Below, piece after piece: positions 54,718 through 64,000 of a stretch of 64,000 nt of DNA. Source of the stretch: a virus. Numbering within the stretch: position 1 is the stretch's first letter; every line of letters starts with the position of its first letter. The notes under the pieces are model-generated. The model saw only the letters and a program-made list of their open reading frames with translations. It was not told where the DNA came from and did not search any database. The translations under genes and the position numbers were made by a program. The DNA lies in the IMG/VR virus record IMGVR_UViG_3300011005_000048, positions 99,401 through 163,400 of that record; one strand, given 5' to 3'.

Positions 54718-56776
54718 ATGGCAGTAAATAATGAATTAATACATGCTGGATTACCTTGGACAAATCCTCAAAAAGTAACAATTAAATCTGATGAATATGT
54801 ATCAGATATGACAATTAATAGAGGTTTTTTAAATTTATTAAATAATGACTATTATTTAGATTTAAAAACAGAAGCACTTAACAAATATGTTGAAACCACA
54901 ATTGATGCACATATAAATGATACTAGTATTCACTTTCCATTATCAGATATTGAAAAATTATTAGCATCATTAGTTGGTTTGACTAAAAATAGTGTTTGTT
55001 ATTTACCTATATATAATAATAATGATTTTGATATATCACAATTAAAATTATTAATTAATAGTGTTGCCAAAAATTTAAATCGGATTTACTTTATTATTTG
55101 CATTTTCTGTTCCAGCATCTAAAGTAATTGGAACAACAATTGATAATGTTGAAATTACTTTAGAAAATTATAAAGATCAATTAGCATTAGCAGCAGTAGA
55201 TATTAATACTAATAAAATATCTCCAGAAAATATAGATATTGATTATTTAACATTAGATATAGAAAGATATAATTTATCATTTGAAAATTTTCAAACCGGT
55301 AATTTAATTATATATGGTAATACTTACTTTTTTATAGATGATTTAAATGAAGATGGAACTATTAATTATAATGTATATACTTCATTAAAATCAAATTATG
55401 ATACTGAAGTATTATTACGAAAAATTCAAGATAATATTCTTAAACTTTCAACATCTGTAACTTCAGATAATAAGTTAATTACAATTCAAAGCAATGGAAT
55501 AAATTTAAATCATAGTGTTATTAGTACAAAAAATTGTACAAGTCAAACATATATATATAATTTAAAATTAGAAAATACATTAAAACAAAATGATTCAATT
55601 GATTTTGATACATTTAAATTTCCAGAATATTCTGATATAATTGTATATTGGCCATTAGAAAAGGATTATAATCCACAAATATTAAATACGGGATATTTAA
55701 TTGAAGATGGTACACATCATTTTATATTAAATTCACAAAAAACTGAATTACATGCATTAAATGAATTATCTGCTGAATTTCCAAATTATATAACTAATGT
55801 TAGTGCATTATTTCATAATGTATCAGCACAAGTATTAAATACAAATATTAGTAAATTAACAGATCCTGGATTTTTCTGGTTAGATGATCATTTTGAAATA
55901 GATGGAGATAAATCAGAAAAAGTTCAATCAAATCAAATAAAAGATATTATTTATAATGCAAATGGTAATACTCCAAATGTTTCACTAGTATTTTGGGGTT
56001 ATCAAACAAAACAAGATCCAAATAATAATCCAATTATTAGTGATTTTAATTGTAATACTGGAAATGGTATATACATATCACCAGAAATTGTTAGAAATAG
56101 TGATTTAAAAAATATAACAACTGAATCTAGAGATGCAATTGAAACTGATTTTGTTCGTTATTCAAATGATTTATTAAATAATTGGGTTATGTATACAGTT
56201 GAATTTCAAACTGGTAATATAGATTCAACAAATATTTCAAATATATCAGGTATGAAACCATGGAATAATGATATTTTTAGAGAACCTCCTACTTCTGATA
56301 ATATGAGAATAAATATTAGAGCAACATATATAAATAAAAATGGCCAACGAAGTATACATAATGATATTTTACTACCAACTCAAAACCAATTAGATAATAA
56401 TGTTGATTATCAATTTACAATACCACAAAAAGAAAATGATGTAAATATAAGTTTATTTGGTGTAAAACTTGCGAATTTAATTAGTGCTAATAATATAACT
56501 GGTTGGTCAGTATGGAATGGTGCAGTTAGAAATATTATGTTATTTAGAAAATTCTTATCACAATCAGAAATAACCAATTTGTTTAAAGAAGGTATTAAAA
56601 AATATTATCCATGGTTAGAAGAAAATGAATATGTATCACTTACACAATTAGATAATAATTCATATTTTGGTAGTGTATATTGTAAAAATATGCATGCAAT
56701 ATCTGTATTAGGAAGTATTTTAAAACAAAATACTCAATCATTAAATTTGACATTTATTAATCAACCAACAAACTAA
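54718..56776 (+). CDS. Structural/fiber-like protein, one CGG +1 site
   Basis: CGG 55081-55083; '...SVAKNLN-G-FTLLFAFSVPASKVIGTTIDNVEITLENYKDQ...' and phase-matched to ORF 56189-56776. Confidence 0.75.
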
Positions 56777-56817
56777 TAAATTAAATAAATTATATAATTA
56801 ATTCAATTATTTTTATT

Positions 56818-58523
56818 ATGAGTAATAGATTAAAAATTTTTACAGAACAACAAATTAATCCATGGATTAATAATAAAGGTGTATATGGTATAATAGGTGA
56901 TAATTCTAAAATATCTGTATTTACTGATAATATAAGTGGTCGGTACAGCTTATGCTCAAGTATATAATAATAGTAATATATCATTATATAATAATATATT
57001 ATCTAGTGCTATATATAATATAATTGGTTTACAAAATAGTAGATTAACTAATTTATCCAGTGATGTTTCTATATACCAATCACAAGTAACAGATGGTACA
57101 CTTTACAATTTTCCAGAAACTAATATAATAGAAAATATATCAATATCTGGTTTACACACTAATACATATACATATATAGAAAAATTAAATGATAATAATA
57201 TTCCTGTAAAATGGTCAAGTTTATTAATTAATGGTGGTGATAGATTATATTTTGATACCAATGTTCAACATATGGTTAAAAATATTAAAGAAAATTATGT
57301 ATTTAATACTATATCAGATGAATTAATTGATTATTTACCTAAAAATTTATATGGATTAAGTGCTATATTTGGTATAACATCTGATGTTACAGATAATTAT
57401 AATTTTACTAATTTTATAAATGGTACTATTATAATCACCCGGAATGACAACTATTACAAAACAATTAAATTTTAAAAATTGTAATTGTAATATTTATTTA
57501 TCCGGATTAACTTTTAATAATGCTAATACTCCAATTTCATCTTTTTGTAATGAATTTAACTGTAGGAGTTTATTAAATATTATAAATTGTCCAAATGTTT
57601 ATTTAGAAGATATTACATGTAGTGGAACAAATTATACTGATTTAAGTTGGTATAATCCATATTTATATAAAGAACAATCAACATCATCTACCTTATATAA
57701 TGATATATTTATATATAATTCAAATGTTAATATTAATAAAATAAAATTCTATAATTCAGCAATTGGTATATATGTTACAACAAATAGTAATGTTAGTATA
57801 GATGGAGATTTAAAATTTTATAATACAAATTCTTCAAATATAAATTTTAAAAAACGCCAAGTAGTAACATTTGCAACAAGAAATAGTAAAGTAAATATTA
57901 AAACTAGTGATATAATTGATTATTCATCAACTAATTTATATTATAATGATACTCCTGTTTATGATACAGATAAATTAAGTGGAACTTATAATAAAGATAA
58001 ATTAAATGATGGACAAAGAAGTTTAAGAGTTAATTCATTACCTATTTTATTAGGTTTAAATGATATTGGTTCAATATTTAATCATAATCATGTAAAAATT
58101 CAACCAGATATTAATATAACATTTACTAATTTATCTGGTAATTTACCAAATGGTGCTATATATTTTCAATCTATTAATGGAACAGCTACAGATTTTAATA
58201 CTATATCTACTAACTGGGATTTTAATATAAAAAGAAATGAGGTATTATCTGGAGTTAATAATAAAATTTCAAAATTGACTGATCAACCAGATACATATTT
58301 ATTAATGATAAGTGATAATATTTATAATAAAACAACTTATAAAAATATATATGATATATATAAAGTTTTAAATAATGACACGAATATTAGTAATTTTTCA
58401 TTACCTAATTTATCAGGTGAACTTATAAAATCAGAAAATGATAGTACGGTAATTCCAATAATAAAAAATTTCAATATATATGGAATTGTAAATACAAAGA
58501 AATATAAATTAAATAATGAATAA
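56818..58523 (+). CDS. Structural/fiber-like protein, two CGG +1 sites
   Basis: ATG 56818; CGG 56941-56943 ('DNISG-G-TAYAQVYNNSN') and CGG 57440-57442 ('TIIIT-G-MTTITKQLNFKNC') join to ORF 57444-58523. Confidence 0.75.
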
Positions 58524-58543
58524 TTTAAAAGAGATATTAAAAT

Positions 58544-60040
58544 ATGATTTTTGATAATGAATTAAATAAAAATAATATATTAAATTTTCCAACATCAGGT
58601 ATGTATGGTATTTTATCTGAAAATAGTGAATTAATGATAGAATATAGTACATGTATTAGTGGAAAAGCATATGCTTCTACATTTAAAAATAGTAAAACAC
58701 AATATAATTGTGCTTCAGGAAATTATATAGATTATGAAAATGTTATTTGGTTAAATTCAATAGTTAATAAAGATGAATATACTAATTTAATAAGAATTCC
58801 AAGTTTTTATAAAATAAATTTAATACAAATTGGAAGTTATACAAATATAAAAAATCCAAAAAATAAAGAAAATGGAGGAATTTTAGATAAAACTGATTTT
58901 AAATTTTCTGGATATTTAATTAATGATAGAGATAAAGTATTTTGGTCAAATTTTGGTGAAAATTATACAAATACTGGTCAATTTTATAAAGATAGTACAA
59001 TTGATATAAAAACATCTGAATTTATAGATTTATTAAAAAAAATTCCAAAAAATTTAAATGGATATAATGTTACATTTAATATTATAGATAATACATTTAG
59101 TGGAGATATTAATATAGATTATTTTTATAATGGTCAATTAACAATTAAAAATATTAATTTAAGTGGATGTTTATATATAAATAATAATCAAAGTAATATA
59201 AATATTATTTCTAGTATACTTAGTGGAAATAAACAATTTGATAATTTAGAGACTATATACACTAATACAATATTAAATAATAATAAAAATTTAATGTTTT
59301 ATAATTGCACATTTACAAATAATAATAATACAGAATTATTTATAGGTAATAACAATTATATTAATTTTGAAAATAATGTATATAATTTATCCAGTAATTT
59401 AACAAATAATAATGGATATTGGTATAACAATAATATAATATTTAATGAATCAACTGAAATAGATAATGTTTCAAAATTAATTTCTAATAATAGAGAAATT
59501 GATCAATCTAATATTATAAAAGTAAACAATTATAATTTACCAGTTTCTTCTAATAATTATCTATTTAATCATACACATAATGGATTATATGATAATATAT
59601 CAGCGTTTGTTAATAATTCAATTTCAATTACTGGTAGTTGTTATAATACTTTAAGTGCTATAACTAATATGATGCCTTTAACATTTAGAGGTGTAGATGT
59701 AGGTAGTATTATTGGTTGGCCACAATATTGTAAAATTAATGGAACTATTTCTACATGGTTACCAACAATTCCTGATGGATTTTATAATTGTTCAATAAGT
59801 AATGATAACCCAACTAATTCATTTGAAATACCAATAGATATAAATGATCCAACAGATAAATATTTTAATGGACAATTGGCATTATTATTAAATAATAGTA
59901 TAACTCAAAAAACATTTACCATCCCACAAATTAATATATATGGACCATATAATAATAATAGAATGGTTTATATTATTAAATATAATAATAATTTTGAACA
60001 TAATCAAACATCATCTACCATATTTAATAGGAATTTATAG
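58544..60040 (+). CDS. Structural/fiber-like protein
   Basis: 498 aa intact ORF; 'GSIIGWPQYCKINGTISTWLPTIPDGFYNCS'. Confidence 0.6.
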   Translation: MIFDNELNKNNILNFPTSGMYGILSENSELMIEYSTCISGKAYASTFKNSKTQYNCASGNYIDYENVIWLNSIVNKDEYTNLIRIPSFYKINLIQIGSYTNIKNPKNKENGGILDKTDFKFSGYLINDRDKVFWSNFGENYTNTGQFYKDSTIDIKTSEFIDLLKKIPKNLNGYNVTFNIIDNTFSGDINIDYFYNGQLTIKNINLSGCLYINNNQSNINIISSILSGNKQFDNLETIYTNTILNNNKNLMFYNCTFTNNNNTELFIGNNNYINFENNVYNLSSNLTNNNGYWYNNNIIFNESTEIDNVSKLISNNREIDQSNIIKVNNYNLPVSSNNYLFNHTHNGLYDNISAFVNNSISITGSCYNTLSAITNMMPLTFRGVDVGSIIGWPQYCKINGTISTWLPTIPDGFYNCSISNDNPTNSFEIPIDINDPTDKYFNGQLALLLNNSITQKTFTIPQINIYGPYNNNRMVYIIKYNNNFEHNQTSSTIFNRNL

Positions 60041-60044
60041 ATAT

Positions 60045-63000
60045 ATGAGTAATAAAGATAAACATATAATAATATCAAATGAGTTTCCAGAATTAACTGG
60101 AACACAAATAAATATATTGGAAAATGATAATATTTCCGGTGCCATAGGTCGGAATAATAAATGATAATAGTTTTTTAAAAGTAGAAGCAAATAATGTTGA
60201 TACTTGTTTAGTTCCACATATCACTATTAATAATGGTAAAAGTCAATTATCATTTAATAATATACAAAATATTAAAAATACTGGTATAACAATACATAAT
60301 GGTACTGCCGAAATATTAAGTTCTACAAATAATTTTGATGATAATTATAAAAATTATAATTGTACCGAAAATATAACTGAACAAAACTTTCCAAATTATA
60401 GTGTTGGATATACTGCAGAATTTAGAAATATAGTAAATAGTAATGGTTTTGATAGTATGTCTGCATATGTATCTTCACCATATTTTACTAGTATATTATT
60501 AAATGATGGTAATAAACCATTTTGGTCTGATTTATCTGATGGTTATGTATTAAAAGATATAACATTTAATATAAATACATTATTATTATCAGGAAGTATA
60601 TCTGGTAATAATAATGGAGAAAAATATATATTTAATATTATTCCTAAAAATTTAAATGGTCATAAAATTAATATTAATTTTACTAATAATACTATAATTA
60701 ATACACCTAATTTACAAATAGAAAATTTTAATAATGGATATATAAATTTATCAGGTTCAAATAATTCTATAAGTACTATAAATTCTATAACAAATATAAT
60801 TAATAATAATAGTGAAATAACATTTACCAATATAAATTTTAAACAGACAGTAAGTGGTTTAAATTGTAATAATTTAATATTTAAAAATTGTATTTTTAAT
60901 AATAGTACAATATTTAATAATTGTAATGTTCAAATATTAACTAGTAATTTAAGTAGTACTTTATCTGGTATTAATAATAGTCAAATATATATTAAAGATA
61001 GTAATAGTAGTGAAAATCTAAAATATAAAGCATTATCTAATAGTCAAATTACTTGGAATGATAATACAGTATTAACTAATTATAAATCATATATTGTTAG
61101 TGGTCAGTTTAATAATCTTAGTTCATGTATTGGATCATCATTATATTTTGGTACTGAATTAACTGATCAAAATGCATTAGCAAATCACTTTCATCAATAT
61201 TCAGAATATTTAATTCCTAGTCAATATATTAATACTACTGGTATTACATCCAGTTATTTAGACACATTACCTATTGGAAGTGTTATATTTTGGCCAGAAT
61301 TTGTTAGAAAAGCAAAATGCGATTCTGATACCGATGATGATGTAAATAAAAGAAATAAAAACATACCTAGCGAGTTAAGTTCAAAAAATTATGTTTGCTA
61401 TACTCCATTATTAACAGGTTCATATGAAAGGTGTAATGGAGAATCTTTAGCATATAGTGGAGATAAACATATATTAAGTATATTAATTCGAAATAAATTT
61501 AGTATTACAAGTACAGATACAATAGTTAAACCAAATTTAGTTTCTGAATATTTATTAGATAATGTTTCTAATGATAAATTTAATGAACTATATCCATTTT
61601 ATAAATATACTGTTGGTAATAATATAAATCAAACAATACAATTTAGATATGTTGCTAGATGGGCCTCTGGATTTGGACAAGAACATAATGGTAATGTCGA
61701 ACGAGATCATGAAGTTATAATAGAAAATAAACGATTAACATTAAATGCATATTATAAAAGTAAAGGTAAAAAAGAAAATCTAAATTTTCGTGGTGGACAA
61801 TGCGTAATATTTGCTATAGATATTCCAAGTTCTAATTTTGATGATTTTATTTCAAATAAAAATATTGTATTTCAAGGATATTCAACAACTTGTATATATG
61901 ATACTACCACTAATGGAACAACAACAAAAAGAAATCCTGAAAATTTATGTGGAATTAAATTATTAAATTATGAATGTTTAAAGGCACTATTTGTTAGTCA
62001 AAGAGCTAATTTATCTAGTGATAAAGGATTATTTGGTTCTATTACTATGGAGAGTAAATCAAATCGTCCTGATGAAGGTATTAATCCATCAATATTAAAC
62101 GAGGAATTTCCAGTTGAACTTAGTAGTTGGTTTATTTTACATAAAAATGATAGTGAAGGAAGTGATTTGTCAGATCCAATCCGTAGAATAAGTTATTTTA
62201 ACTTTTCAAATACAACATGGACAACAAATTCTTTAGATTTTACATATGATAATGAATATAATTTATGGAAATTAGATGGATTTAAATTAAAAGAAAATTT
62301 AAATAAATATAAATTTTCCATAGATAATTGTTATAGATTTTATTGTATGGCATATATTAATAATATAAAAAGTACTATAAAAAATTTAACTATATCAAAT
62401 TTTAACATTGTTAATAAAGTAGATAATAGTTCAATATATTCATTTTATATATTTGGTAGTAATGATTATGGAAATGGTATAGGTAACTGGCATTATGATC
62501 AAAGATATAATGTATTTTATAGTTATGCAATAAATGGAAATCGGATTTGGTAAAATTTGGAAATCACCAACATATGTTTTAAAATATGTACCACATATAA
62601 AAGTATCAAAAACAAAAGCAGAAATTTCAAATCCATCAGATATAAATATTAAACCTATAGAAAAACTGTATAAAATTTATAAATTTTATAATAAACCGTT
62701 ATCTGAATTACCAACTATTTCAAGATATGTTGATACATCAATATATGTACCATCTTTAACACGGTGTATATATTGGAGAAGAATTTTTATCAGAAAGTAT
62801 ATATAGCAGTATGTCTGGAGATATAGAAGGTTCTAAAAAATATCACATTAGTGGAGATTATCGGTTATGTTAATACAGAAATTAGTGCTAGATTAACTGA
62901 TTCTATTTCATGGATACGTGATGAAGGACAAGAAACTAGTGCTAAATATATATATAATTGGGGTGATTTAAATAAATTAGGTAAACAAAATATTGGAAGA

Positions 63001-64000
63001 GTATATTTTGATACCAGTACTAAAAGTTGGAACAAACATTTGAATTTAATGTTAAAACCAGTATTATACAATACTGTAAAATTTGTTTATGATAATTTAA
63101 TTGATAATCCTATTCAAGGTCCACATGGATGTCCATTTGAAAATGGTATAGAAGTAAATAGTCCATTAATAAATTGTCAAGGTATAAGTTGTTTGGGTTC
63201 TAATAATATTACATGGGATACGACAAATGCTACTTATTTTGGTATATCTTATTATGGTAACAAAACATTAAAATATTATAATTGTTTTACCAATATTCCA
63301 ATTATATCAAAAGTTGATTCTAATGAATTTAGTATAATAACAGATAATAGTATAACAGTAAATGTACCTAAGTTGAACTCATTTTTTGGAATAACAGAAT
63401 CAATTAACTTATATGATATTAATTTTTTGAATACACAAAATAACATTAATAAAATAATATGGAAATCTAAGTTTACTGAAACCGATAATAATATAGAATT
63501 ATATAATTATGATCGAACTAACTCAACAAGTAAATTAGCCAGTGGATTTTTATTTAGCAGTTTAGAACAAGTAAATGATACAACTAAAAAATATACTACA
63601 AATCCTTATAGCATACATCAACCAAGTTCTCATTTTTCAAATGCACTTCCATTATCGTCATTTATTGCATCTAACTTAATAGTATCAATTGGATCATATC
63701 CAAGATACCATATTATACCATATGATTCAGTTATAACAAAAGATTCATTTTTATCTGTTATACAGATTAATAATTCTAGTAGTATACGTAATGAATTATT
63801 ATCATATACATATAAAAGAATAAATCATTATTGTGATATATTATCTAGTATAATTAATACAAATTGGAATATTAATAATAATAAACCATATAGTTATAAG
63901 GATTTATTAGGGTTAAGCAATAATCTTTCTGGTTTGGCTTCGGCAATATTACAATATGAAAATGGAAATAGTTGTGTTAATGGTGATAATCCGGTTAGTA
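60045..64000 (+). CDS. Large structural/fiber-like protein, four CGG +1 sites, runs off the window
   Basis: ATG 60045; CGG 60150-60152, 62542-62544, 62762-62764 and 62862-62864; ORFs 60457-62553 and 62534-62806 chain in phase. Confidence 0.72.

Noticed and set aside
231-62864. Interpretation of the broken ORFs as pseudogenes or general genome decay
   Set aside because: Breaks are all +1, all at zero-frame CGG, and affect essential genes (portal, gp25, NrdD) whose downstream sequence stays conserved and open. Decay would give mixed indels and stops.
1-64000. Stop-codon reassignment (TGA or TAG) to explain short ORFs
   Set aside because: TGA, TAG and TAA all occur as plausible gene ends (e.g. 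TGA at 44149-44151 overlapping the next ATG), and broken genes change frame rather than reading through a stop.
1-64000. CRISPR arrays, rRNA, tRNA or diversity-generating retroelement
   Set aside because: No regular spacer-repeat array, no recognisable cloverleaf or rRNA segment and no reverse transcriptase were seen by eye. tRNAs can be missed manually and should be scanned for, especially a tRNA-Gly with an expanded anticodon loop.

Overview
AT-rich window from a large T4-like (myovirus) phage genome. It carries a baseplate/tail module on the minus strand (gp7-like, gp6-like and gp25-like proteins), then tail sheath, scaffold/core, major capsid protein, portal, an Hsp20 gene and a long run of BspA-like/fiber-like structural genes on the plus strand. 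It also has an anaerobic ribonucleotide reductase pair (nrdG/nrdD) and many accessory genes. The main finding is a genome-wide reading-frame anomaly. I found 37 in-frame CGG codons on both strands. At every one the zero-frame ORF soon stops, while the +1 frame (skip one nucleotide, read C|GGN as Gly) stays open, in many cases joins exactly the next ORF fragment, and often restores conserved sequence. Examples are the NrdG TGY...DGP...NQ region, the NrdD KPYCW region, the gp25 C-terminus, the portal, the Rossmann-like nucleotidyltransferase GSxGK...DID motif, and a co-linear paralog alignment. CGG trinucleotides in the other two phases are read through normally, and the probable high-expression genes (capsid, sheath, scaffold, Hsp20) have no in-frame CGG. 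The preceding codon is not conserved, so this looks like pervasive A-site +1 frameshifting or quadruplet decoding (CGGN to Gly), or an equivalent such as mRNA C-deletion. A systematic sequencing artefact must be excluded. A second strong finding is that nrdD is fractured by a split intein, with a free-standing Zn-finger/PD-(D/E)XK-like endonuclease ORF between the two halves. Further findings are a recurrent N-terminal leader resembling T4 capsid-targeting/prohead-protease sites, a dispersed family of HExxH proteins, and several paralogous accessory families. No tRNA, rRNA or CRISPR array was recognised.
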